NCBI GenBank assembly: GCA_004431415.1
Contig: QPMI01000254.1
Span: 33,540-97,539, forward strand
DNA: 64,000 nucleotides
Direction of reading: 5' to 3'
DNA from: Cyanophora paradoxa CCMP329
Lineage: Eukaryota > Plantae > Glaucophyta
The translations under genes were made by a program, and so were the position numbers. Positions 47,818 through 58,970 of the stretch are shown one piece after another (position 1 is the stretch's first letter; each line of letters opens with the position of its first letter). The notes under the pieces are model-generated. The model was not told the origin of the DNA, did not search any database, and worked only from the letters and a program-made list of their open reading frames with translations.

Positions 47818-49732
47818 TCAGGAGAAGATGGAGAAGAGGCGCTGCCCGAAGAACTCCCGCAGGCCCCGGCTCTCGCTCACGAGGTCGCCCCGGCCCCGCG
47901 GCGCGCACAGCACGCACATCGCCCGGCCCTCCCCCTGCACCCGAGTCAACGCGGCCCCCTGGGCGAGGGGCGGCGGGGGGCAGGGGGCGGGGCGGGCGGG
48001 CGGGCCTCGGCGGCGGTGAGGAGCATGGGGCGGCGGGCGCCGGCGCAGTTCTCGCGGAAATGGTAGGCGCCGCGCGTGGGCCCACCCTCCCCCACGAACA
48101 CCGTCGTCCGCTGCCTGTTGGGGCGGGGTGCGTCAGGGCGGGGCGGGGGGCGGGAGGGGGGCGCGGGGCGGGGGCGGGCGCGCTTGTCGGCCTCGGAGAG
48201 GTTGAGGGAGGGGAGGGAGAGGGTGGAGCGCGCGTCGTCGTCGTCGTCGGCGAGCCCCGCCGAGGAGGAGCGCGTGCGCGCCTTCCAGCTCTTCCGCAGC
48301 GGGCTCTCCTTCGAGCGCAGCGCGCTCGCCACCTCGCTCACCTCCGGCTCCACCTGCACGTGCTCCCGCCGCTTCTTTGACGTGAAGAGGTCCCTGCGCG
48401 CGCGGGGTCAGCAAGAGGGCGGCGAGGCGGGGGGCTGGGCGGGCTCGCCGGAAGGCGCGGAGCTCGTCGAGGACGGAGCCGCCCTCTGCGCCGCCGGCCC
48501 CGCTCAGCTTCGATTCGCTCAGCCTCGGCGGGGCGGGTGGGGGGACTGACGGTAGGGCTGGCAGGACTGGCAGATGATGCGGCGCTGGGCGAGGGCCTCG
48601 GACATGCACATCGGCACGCGGGCGCCGTGGCAGCCCTCGCGGACGTGGAACTTCCCCGTCACCACCATCGCCGTCCCCTCGTCCCCCACGTACACCGTCG
48701 CGTCCCTGCGCGGGCCGATGAGCGAGAGCCGGGCGGGGCGTCCCGGGGGCGCGGGGGCGGAGGCGGCGCGCACTTGTCGACCTGGGGGACGACGGGGGCG
48801 GGGCTGGGGCTCCGCCGTGACCCGCTGCTCCGGGCGGGGGAGGAGGCGCGGAGGGAGGCGCGGGCGTCGCGGCCGGGCGTGCCGCCCACGGGGGCGACGC
48901 CGCCCTCCTTCGGCACGAAGCCGATCTGCCGGAGGAGCGCGGTGAAGGGAACGAAGGCCGCGCCGCCCGTCCCGACCGCCACGACCTCGTCCGCCCCGTT
49001 GAGGAGGGGCGTGACGGTGCCGTGCGGCCGCACGCCGTCCGCGGTGATGAGGCCGTCCACCTTGGAGACGGCGCCGCGCTCGATGCCCACGCGGCCACTC
49101 TCCTCGTTCCGCGTGATGTGCTGCACGGGCATCCCCGGCACGGTCGGCGAGGCCGCGTCCAGCGCCACGCGCAGCACGCCCAGCGAGCGCGCCCGCGGAT
49201 CCGTCACAGCGCAGACCGAGATGGGGCACGGCACGCGCGCGCTGCGCAGGACGGTTCGGCAGGGGAAGCGAGGAGGCAAGCGCAGAGCCGCGCTCACCCG
49301 TTGACGAGCTTGAAGCTGTCTGTAGTTGCGAAGAAAGCATTCGCGTCGGCTCGAATACCAATGGTGTTGCCCCCCGCCGTGAAGAAGGCAGACGCATACT
49401 CGGAAGCGGCCGCCGAAGGAAGGACGCTTTGTGGCGCGGCCAGGAACAGCCGACCGCCCAGCATGAAGATGAAGCTGCGCCAGGAAGGTGAGACCCCGCG
49501 CGCGTGATGCGAGACGGGGGCTTCGCGCCAAAGTCGTGCGCGGGCGGCGTAGCGCCGCGAAGCGCTCTCGGTAAGCTAAAAGAGCGAACCACTCTCCGAA
49601 CGAAGAAGTCCAACTGCTCTGCACGCGGCCAAACGCGTCCATTGGCCCGACCGTGCCACGCCTCGCCAGCGGGTGCGCCCCATCGCCGCTGGAGAGGCAG
49701 CAGAGCACGTCTTCGAGCCCGCAAGTCGCCAT
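47818..49732 (-). CDS. Protein with two H-x4-C...CxxC modules, paralogous to 42153-43805, plus an unknown N-terminal domain; start uncertain
   Basis: VYVGDEG..GKFHVREGCHGARVPMCMSEALAQRRIICQSCQPY.EGGSVLDELRAFRDLFT and VFVGEGG..GAYHFRENCAGARRPM..RAMCVLCAP..GLREFF. Confidence 0.65.
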
Positions 49733-49843
49733 GCAGCGGCGTATAGCTAGCCGGTGAGCGCTCCGATTCGAACACCCCAATTGCGCGTACCCGTCGATCG
49801 AGGCCAAGTTGGCCAACCTGGCCAAGCTTTCATGCAGTTAAGC

Positions 49844-51010
49844 ATGCAGGCGCGTGCGTGCTCCATAGCAGCGTCGACGCTGCGGGCCGTGCGGGCCGTG
49901 CCGGCGGCCGGCGCAGGCCGTGTCGGTCTGGCGTGCCGGGCAGCGGCCAGCGCAAGCACGCACGCCACGGCGAGCGCGACCGCGCAGGCAGCGGCGCGTA
50001 GTCTCGTGGCGTTCGCGCCGTCGCCGCTCGGCCAGCGCCCGTCGAGCCTCGGCGCCTGCGTGCCCGCACGGGCCTTCGCGAGCACAGCGAGTAAGAGCGG
50101 CCCACCCGTCGTCGTGTACGAGTTCAGGAGAGAGTGCGCGTATCTTATACGGAGCGCTCCTATGCGCTATGCGCACTCTCTCCTGAATAGCGCTAACTCG
50201 CCGCATGCGCAGAGCCCTCCTACGGGCGTTCCAAACGCTGGCCGCCTTCCAAAGCTTTGTCGGCTGCACAGTCGCCGCGTACCTGCTGCACAGCGACCCT
50301 ACGGCGTCGAACATCTTCCTGGGATGCATCATCGTCGTGTTCTGCAGGCTCGCCGCCGCGCCCGAACCAGGCTGCCTGCATGCATCGACATCCGCCGCCT
50401 TACGCGACCCCTTCGCAGCTTCCCTCTTGCGGCGGTGTCATACGGCGGTGCGCGCCAGAGCCCTCCGCCCTGCGCGCTCGCGGCGCGGCCGGTGCTGACG
50501 CGCACGGGGCCGCCCCCGCGCGCAGTGAAGCGGCTGGTGACGCAGGTGCGGTGCGTGGGGCCGGGGCGGGAGCACGGGTCGTACGAGGTGGAGGTCTCGA
50601 CGGCGCGCTTCCCGCTCGGGTCGAGCAGCCGGAGGTACGACTCGGCGGACCTGATGACGGACGCCGAGCCGGGCCAGTTCGTGGACGCCGTCGGGCGCGA
50701 CCCGAAGTACGGCCGCCAGGAGGCCGCCATCCAGTGCCCCGGCGTCGGCTTCAACGTCTGGCTCTCCACCAAGTGGGCACTACCCCCTCCCCCCCTCCCC
50801 CTCCCCCCCTCCCCCCCCCCTCCCCCCCCCCTCCCCCCCCCTCCCCTCCCCTCCCCCCCCCCTCCCCCCCCCCCCCCCGCCGCGGGCCCCTGACGGGAGC
50901 ACGGCGGCAGGTACGGGGCGGTGCACGAGCCGAAGCTGCTGGAGGAGATCCTCGGTCTCATCGCCCCGCCCCCGCCCAAGCCGGCCGTCAAGCCGGCCCG
51001 CGACCTCTAG
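49844..51010 (+). CDS. Probable mitochondrial membrane protein (TMEM70/TMEM186/TMEM223-like)
   Basis: Arg/Ala/Ser-rich presequence ending RAFAS, then VVVYE, two hydrophobic helices, and KRLVTQV..VEVST beta-rich region. Confidence 0.5.
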
Positions 51011-51056
51011 CCTCGCCCGCGCCCGCGCCCTCGCAAAGAAATCGGATGAGATGGGA

Positions 51057-52934
51057 TCAGAGCTCGAGGGCCTCGCGCTGCCCGGGGGGCTGCGCCCACG
51101 TGATGAAGTTCGCCGCGATGTCCCGCGCGTCTGCCTCGGGGTACCTGCCCCGCCCCGCCCCGCCCCGCCCCGCTCAGGGCCCTGCGGGGCTCGGGAGGGA
51201 GCCGGCGGGGGGCGGGGGTCGGGCCGGGGGCACCGGAGGGCGGCGTCCACGAGGCGCATCTGGCGGCGGCGCCACTCGTAGAGGAGCTCGTCCGCCAGCG
51301 GGTTCGTGTCGTAGCTGTACAGCACGCTCGCCCCGCGGGTCCGCGCCTCCTCCGAGACGCGCTTGTCGAGCTCCTTGGGGCCGCTCCCGGGGGCCAGCGG
51401 GGCGCGCAGGTTGCAGGCGACCTCGAGGGCGCGCCGGCCCTGCAGGTCGTAGTGCCGGTACGCCATCGCCTCCACGTCCGGCACGCCCCCTGGCGGAGCA
51501 TGAGCCTTGCACGGAAGGAAGAACACAACTGGCGCAAGCGAGGGCAAACCGGGGGTGGCGCCGCGCACGGCCCGCGCCACCGCGCGCGCGACCTCGAAGT
51601 CCTCCGTGCTCAGCCTGCCGCCGGCGGGGCGCTCGGGGAAGGAAAGGCAGGGCCGGGGCGGGGCGGGGCGGGGCCGGGGCCGGGGCGGACACGACGTTGT
51701 GGTTGAGGACGTAGCGGGAGGCCCCGACGACCGTCACGCCCGTGCGGGGGTCGGGCTGGGCCGGCCCGAAGTCCGGCCCGGCGCTCTCCCCCAGCTCCTG
51801 CTCGACGTCGGCCCCGCGGCGGCCGCGCCTGAAGAAGGAGGTCTGCTTGCGCAGCGCCGCCAGCGTCCGGTTCGAGGCGTGCGCCGGCCCGTACAGCAGC
51901 GTCTGCGGGTCGGGGCGGGGCGGGGCGAGGGTGAGTCGCGCTCGAGCTCGGGCGGGCGGGGGGCGGGGCCGGGGCGGGCGGGGCGGACGGGCTGGCCGAG
52001 GGCGCCGAGGGCCTCGGCGCACTCGCGGGAGAGGAGGGCGGCGCCCTCGAGGGTGGCCGGGGAGCCGTCGACGGGGTGGAAGGGGACGAGGTCGATGGCG
52101 CCGATGTGGTGGTGCACGGCGCGGCCCAGCCAGTCGGGGTCCAGCGAGGGCGCCTCCTTCCGCAGGTCCACCTTCTCCAGCGCCGCCCGCGAGAGCGCCA
52201 CCACCTGTCTCCCCGTGAGAGGGGGAGGTGGGGGAGGGGGGTATGCGGGGCGGCGCGCCATCTCGAGGAGCTCCTTGCGGGGCCCGCCGCAGACGTAGAG
52301 CGCCCGGTCGTACACCTGCCGCCGCCGTCAGCGGGAGGGGAGTGGGGGGAGGGCGGGGGGTACGCGCGTGGTCGTAGAAGACGCGGAGGACGAAGGCGCG
52401 CGGGGCGGTCCCCGCGACCCCCGCCTCCGACTTCACCTCGCACACGGCCGGCGACGGCGAGAGCGCCGCGATCGCCAGCTCGTCCCTGGCGGCCCAGTGA
52501 GCGGCTGTGCGCTCGCCCTCACGTGCTCTACGCACAATAAGTCATTGTTGCGCCCCTCCTGCACATTGACGCACGCCACGTACAGCTCTGCGCGCGCGGC
52601 GTTTAGTCCGGGCGACAGCTGCAGAGAGGGCGCGACTGAGCAAAGCTGAGCACAGCGCACCGGTGTTCAGGAGCGCGCTCGTTTCCGCGGCGTGAGGCTC
52701 GCGCCGTTGCGCCGCGGCGCGAAGGTCCGTGGTACGGCCGAAGAATCGCCGGGGCCCGGACGCGACCGCCAAGAAACGCGTCCGAAGCGCGTCTGTTCTA
52801 ACCGCTGCCGGCGCTCCGCTAGCTCCCGCTTGGGCGCTTGCGCAAATCGCGCGTGGGAGCCCGAGCGATGCCCGAAGAACGGCCACCGGGCAGCCGGTGC
52901 TGAACGCCGATGCGTACGCCGTCGCAAGCTGCAT
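51057..52934 (-). CDS. Glutamate formiminotransferase domain protein (FTCD N-terminal-like, no cyclodeaminase)
   Basis: ACVNVQEGR, DHAYDRA, HIGAIDLVPFHP, LYG, GPDFGP, GVTVVGA, EAMAY and EVACNL. Start approximate. Confidence 0.85.
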
Positions 52935-53260
52935 AGCTCGCTGCGGCCGTCCTCGTAACCGAAGAAGTTTCGAGCCGGGTCCAAGTGACGCGCCGCAAGG
53001 GGAGCTCCGAACACTTACTGCGAGCTTAAAGGGGGCAAACGAGCCGCCGAAAGCGCCCGAGAGCGCGGGCTTTGGCGACGTAAGACGTTTCCTGTACCCT
53101 CCTGCGATTCATTCCCCCAGGCGACTTCTTTCTTAGCAGCCCGCGAGCGAGGGCCGCAGCAGGCCAGCACCGCGCAGGAGCACCGTAGCTAGCAAGCTCA
53201 GCCTTTTTGACAGCTTAGGAGCGCCCAGCGCGAGCGAGCGGGCCAAATCGCCGGGGCCCA

Positions 53261-56200
53261 ATGCCCGCGGCTATCGGCACTCTGTATGTCTCCATCATCG
53301 GCGCGCGGCAACTGGTTGGGAGCGTCGGCGCCGCCTCCTTCACGGCTAGCGCTCTGTACCGGGTCGTCACAGCAGCTGGCGCAGTAATCGGGGGAGAGAG
53401 GAGAACTACGGCGGATGCCCCCGGATCCACAGCGGTCTTCACATCCGGAAACGAGAGCAGCTTGTCCGCAGCCCCGCCGCACCGCCCCTTGGCCCGTTCG
53501 CTAACGTATCTTTCGCCACGCAGCCCGGTGGACGAGGATGTGGTCAAGCGGGGGCGGCTGGAGATCGAGGTGGTGGATGAGAGCCAGGGCTGGCTCACGC
53601 AGATGGGCTTCGTGAGCACGCCGCTCGGCGATATCCCCGAGAGCAAGCCCGTCGAGTGCGCCGCCCGGGCCCCCCCACGCGCCCAGCGCCGGTGCTGAAG
53701 CGCAGGGCGGCGCAGGCTCGAGCTGCCGCTGGGCCCGCCGCCAAGGGCAGCGCGGCGGGAGGTGGAGGAGTCGCGCGGGCGCGTGCTGGGCAGCGTGCAC
53801 CTGCGCCTGCGCTGGGAGCCGCCCCTGCGCCCCGCCCCCCGCAGGCCCCCGCGAAGAGCGCGGTGCGCCGCTGCCAGGCTGCGCGCCGCCTGCGCGGATG
53901 CGGGCCGGGGCCGACGCGCGCGGGGCGCAGGGGCAGGCGGGGAACCCTTCGCCGGCGCCGGGAGGGCCGGCGCCGGGCGCGTCGGGGCGGGTGGCCCCAC
54001 GCGGTTCCGCCTCGGGCAGGCGGAGCAGCCGCAGGGGGACGGGCAGCAGGCGCCGGCGGGGCCGCACGGGCCGGGGAGGGGTGGGGCGGGAGCTGGACCC
54101 GCTGCTGCCGCCGGACCCGCCGGCGAGCATCGAGCACGGGCAGGCGCGGGAGGTGGAGCTGGGCGTGCGGGTGCGGGTCGTCTCGGCGACGAACCTGCCC
54201 GCCAAGGACCTCGTCCACGGCCTCTCCGACCCCTACGTCGTCCTCTCCGTCCACGACCGCGTCTCCGACGCCGCCGCCCCCCCGCCCGGGCCCGCCGCCC
54301 CGCCGCCCCCGCCCCGCGCCTCGGCGCCGGAGTTCCCGCCGCTGGGGCTGGGGGCGCGGCTGCGGGAGGAGCAGCGGACGCGGGTGGTGGAGCGCTCGCT
54401 CTCGCCCCTCTTCGAGGAGGAGTTCACGTTCGCGCTGCCGCGGGGCCCCGGGGCCAACGCGGGGCGCCACGTGCGCGCCTGCGTCTACGACCGCGACCTC
54501 TTCCGCGACGAGCTCCTCGGCGAGGTCACCGTCGCGCTCGACGGCCTCCGCGAGAAGCCCGCCTTCCGCTCCTACCCGCTCCGCTTCCCCGCGGGGGAGG
54601 AGTACGCGGGGCGGGAGGCGCAGGGCTCCCTCGAGCTCGAGGTCTCCCTCGTCGACCTCACGGCGCGCCCGCCCCGCCCCGAGACCCCGCCTCTCCCGCG
54701 CCTGACCCCCTCGCGCAGGCGGTGCCGAAGGCGCAGCCGCTGGACGTCGAGCAGCTGGTCCGCCGCGTGGAGCACCTCGCCTCCGTGCGCCCCGCCCCGC
54801 CAGGCGGGCAGACGGGGCCCGGCGGGCTGACGTGCCGCGCGGGCCAGGCGCTGGGGGACCGGGAGGCGCAGCTGCTGCGGGCGCTGGCGGAGGGGCGCGA
54901 GCTCCGCGCCGCCGTCGCGGGGCACCGCGAGGAGTCGGCGGCGCTGGCGGGGCGCGCGCAGGGCGCCCACGAGGCGGCCGCCCTCGCCCAGCGCAGCCTC
55001 GAGGCCCGCGAGAAGCAGAACGCCGAGCTCGAGCGGCGCGTCGCCGCCCTGCTCGAGCAGCGCGAGCGCGACGGCGAGGAGCTGGCGCGCGTGCGCGAGA
55101 AGCTGCGCGTCACGGAGCTCGAGCTGCGGGCGACGGAGGAGCGGCGGGCGCGGCTCGAGGCGGACCTGCGGGACGAGAAGGAGCGCTTCGTGCGGTACCA
55201 GCGCCTCAACGGGGACCTCCCGATCCCGGAGGGGAGCCTCTTCGGGCCGGGCGGGGCCCGCGGGGCCACCGTCGAGCTCCGCGCCGACCTCGGCTCGATG
55301 CTCGAGAAGTACGCGGCGGAGCGGCAGTCGGCCGCCCGGGGCGCCCTCGTCGCCAGCGGCCCCCGCGCGGAGCGGGTGACGCAGATGTGCGCGCGGCACG
55401 TGGAGGAGCCGCTGCTGAAGGCGTGCGTGGAGTGCAGCCGGGCGGTGTGCGGGCGGTGCGCGCTCTCGCAGCTGCACCGCGGCCACACGTTCGTCCCCGT
55501 CGAGGACGCCGCCGACGACGAGCGGCGGCGGCTGCGGCGCTCCCTCGAGCGCGCCGCCGGGCTGCAGGGGCTCACGCGGGCCCTCATCGCCGACGCCAAG
55601 GGCTCGGTGGCCCACTGGGAGGCCTCGTACCTGCAGGGCTCGAAGGCCCTCGACGACGCCTTCGACCTGCTCATCCACGCGCTCCGGGAGCGCCAGCTCG
55701 ACCTCCGGGCCGAGGCGGAGCGGAGCCACCTGACGACCGAGCGCGAGCTCCGCGACCTCCTCGAGTCCCTCGCCCGCCGCCTGCGCGACGCCGACCAGAT
55801 CCTCGAGCGCGCCGGCGAGCTCGCCGCCTCGCCGAACGCGGCCGAGGTGGTGGACGAGGGCCCCCGCGTGCACCCGCTGGTCGACGAGCTGGGGCGGCTG
55901 GTGAAGAAGACGCCGTGGTACGACTTCGTGGCGGCGGCGCCGGACGTGCGGGACCTGCTCCTCCGCGCCGGCTCCATCACCGTCAAGAAGACCCTCCGCG
56001 CCGTCGGCGGCTACGAGCTCCCCGACCCCTCCGGCAAGCCCAGGGCCCCCCAGCTCATCCACGTGCGCCCCCCGCGCCCCCGCCCGCAGTTCGCCTCTCC
56101 GGACCCGCCGACGCTCGCCCCGCCCCGCCGCAGTTCAAGTACACGGACGCGAGCGAGCGGAGCAAGGGGATGCGGCGGCTGGGCGTGCTCTACTGGCTGG

Positions 56201-58016
56201 GGACGGACCGGGGCAAGGAGGCGTGGCGGAACCCGCGGGCGCGGGGCAGCGTCGCGGTGGAGGCCTCCTCCATCGGCCTCTGCCTCACCCCCGCCGCCCT
56301 CGACGACGTCGTCGGGTCCGCCCGCGCCGGCGGGGCGGACGTCGCGCCCGGCCCGGGCTGAGGGTCTCGCGGCAGGTGCCAGGTGGGGCGCTTCTTCACG
56401 CAGGACGGTTGGCGGCCGGTGGAGAGCAGCTCGGAGCAGGCCGGGCCCTGGGTCACCGTCGACCTCCAGACCGTCGAGGCCCGCCCCCGCCCCCGCCCCC
56501 GCCCCCTGAGCCGGCTCCGCGGCGCTGACGGGGCGGGGCGTGGCGGCAGGTGCGGGCGACGCACTACGCGCTGTCGACGACGACGTCGCAGACGGAGGAC
56601 TTCCCGCGGCGCTGGCAGCTGCAGGCCTCGCGCGACGGGCGCCACTGGAAGACCCTCGCCAGCCACGACCCCGACGAGCGCCTCCGCCGCCGCGCCCAGA
56701 CCTACGTCTGGCGCCTCCACGTGCGCCCCGCACCGCCCCGGCCCCGGCCCCCCGCCCGCCCCGCCGCCCGCGCCGACGCCACGGGGGCAGCCGGAGCCGA
56801 AGGAGTTCTACCGCTACTGGCGGATCATCCTGACGGGCCCGAACGAGCGCGGCACCCTGCACCTCGAGCTCTCCGCCTTCGAGCTCTACGGCTACCTCCG
56901 CGACGCCCCCTGGGTCGGGCCCGCCGCCCTCGGCACTCGCCCGGGGCCCGACGAGGGGCCTAAGGCGCCCCCGATGGCCCCGCCCCGGCCCCTCTCCGCG
57001 CCCCTCGCGCAGCTGCCGCCCCCGCCGCCGCCGCCGCGCCCCAGCCCCATCCCCAGCTGCCAGCCCCGCCCCGCCCCGCCTTCGCCGCCACCGCCCCGCC
57101 GCAGTGCAGGCCGCCCCAGGCCCCGTCCCACCCTCCGCCGTATACGTCGCGCCACTGGCGCAGCCGGGCTCGGGTCCCGCCCCGGCCGCCGCGCCCGCCC
57201 CCCTCCCGCGCCTGGCCCGCCGACCTACGCGTTCGCCCAATCCGCCCCGCCTCCCCCGCCGCATCCGGTCCCCTGCCGCCAGCGGCGCCGACGCCGGCCC
57301 AGCAGCCTTGGGCCCAACACCCCCTTGGACGCCGGCGCCGGCACAGGCGCCGGCACAGGCGGCGCCCCCGCAGCGCCGCAGCCGGCGCCAGCTCAGCCGC
57401 CAGTGATGCCGGCCGGCCAGCCGCTCCAGCCGATGCCGGCCCAGCCCGGGCCGATGCCGGCCCAGCAGGCGCCGCCGGGAACCCAGCCTTTGCTGCCCCA
57501 GCCCGGGCCGATGCCGGCCCAGCTGATACCAGCCCAGCCGACGCCATCACAGCCGCCGCCGCCGATGCCGACTCAGCCGCAGACGGCAGCTCAAGTGACG
57601 GGCCCGCCGCCGGCCCATCCGCTGCCAGCTCAGCCGCCGGCTGCTTTGCCCTGGGCGCAGCCGTCCCCGTGGGCCCCCGGCGCAGCCCCGGCGGCCCCGG
57701 CACCGGCACCGCCGGCCGCCCCGCTCGTGCAGCCCGTCGCGCGCGCCCCGGGAGCATCGGCGCCGCCGGCGCCGGCCGGGTCCGCCTTCTCGGCGGTCGG
57801 GCCCCAGCGCCGGCCCCCGCACCGGCGCCGGTGAGCTCCGCTGCGCCGTTCCGGCCCGTGCGGCCGACGTCGGCAGCGCCGGCGCGCGGGGCGCCAGCAG
57901 CGCCGGCGGGGGCGGGGGCGGGGCGGGGGCGTGGGGGCGACTCGGATGAGGAGATCGTGGAGGACGCGAGCGACGAGGAGCCGTTCAGCATCCGCGCCGC
58001 CCGCGAGCGCCTCTAG
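53261..58016 (+). CDS. C2 + C2 + coiled-coil + B-box + coiled-coil + F5/8C(discoidin)-like + Pro-rich protein
   Basis: C2: GTLYVSIIGARQL and VRVVSATNLPAKD..GLSDPYV..VYDRDLFRDELLG. B-box: CARH..CVECSRAVCGRC..HRGH. Discoidin-like: GVLYWLGT..WRNP, WQLQASRDG.HWKTL and YRYWRI..ELSAFELYG. Confidence 0.8.
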
Positions 58017-58314
58017 CCCGCGGCCGCCCCGCCCTCCCGCCTCCCCGTGGAAGCCCGGAACTTCGAGGCTTCGGAGGCGTGCATTATACTCGATTTATTG
58101 AGCGGTATTATCAAATGCAATCAGCTTGTCGTTACCGTGGGCTACTAGGCTAGCCGATGATATCGATATCGATGCCGCGCGCAGTGCGGGGCCGGGTGAC
58201 GATGATATCGATCGCGATCCAGGGCGCGGCCGGCCCAGCGGGTGACGATGATACATCGATGCCGCTGTGCGGGGGCGGGTGAATTCGAATCAATTGAAGT
58301 GCCGCAGTGCCACG

Positions 58315-58447
58315 GTGGGCGCCCGACGGCCTCGGAAGTGGGCCATGGCCCGGGGCCCACCGTGGCACTGGGCCCGGCGGCTCGAAGTGGGCGCCCGACG
58401 GCCTCGGAAGTGGGCCATGGCCCGGGGCACACCGTGGCACTGGGCCA
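58315..58447 (+). repeat. Near-perfect ~60-bp direct duplication within a palindrome-rich intergenic tract
   Basis: GTGGGCGCCCGACGGCCTCGGAAGTGGGCCATGGCCCGGGGC.CACCGTGGCACTGGGCC occurs twice. Confidence 0.9.
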
Positions 58448-58758
58448 GCCTGGCAGTGGGGCCAGCTGCCCGGCTGCAGCGTCCGACGGTCTAGATCTTG
58501 CAGCAGGCACACTCGTGACGAGCACGCACACCTTGGCACCGCGTGATCGCGGCGAAGCCTTCGAGGCCTACAAGAGGAGCAACGTTTACGAAAACGACGT
58601 ACAACACGAGCTGCACATTGAAATCCCTGCGATCAATCTACGATGAAATAAAGAACCCCCACCCTACAGAACCCCAAATTCGAAGCGAAAGCCAGCGAGA
58701 ACTAAAAAGCGATTTATCCACGTGCGAAGGAAAGGAGACCGGTGTCCTAACGCTATCT

Positions 58759-58838
58759 ATGCCCAACCCTAACGCTAACCAGAGTCAACCCTAAAGCTAA
58801 CCAGAGTCCTAGACACTGAAACGGAGATGCCTCCGCCT
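58759..58838 (+). repeat. 80-bp dispersed repeat, copy 1 (telomere-like AACCCTAA words plus a terminal hairpin)
   Basis: Identical to 62382-62460 except for one A indel. Confidence 0.95.
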
Positions 58839-58970
58839 GATACGTAGTGGTACAGGTCCGGCACGAGGCCGGCGGGTCAAAACTTAATGCGATACGAAAT
58901 CGCGCTGCGCGGCCGCGCTGCTGCTCGCAGCGCGGCAAAAGAAGAACATAGGGATGGAGAGGCGAAGAGA

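Noticed and set aside
58807-58838. Helitron 3' terminus (hairpin + CTAG on the - strand)
   Set aside because: Shared sequence continues ~50 bp beyond CTAG, the next base is not T, and no Rep/helicase is present. Kept only as an unexplained repeat.
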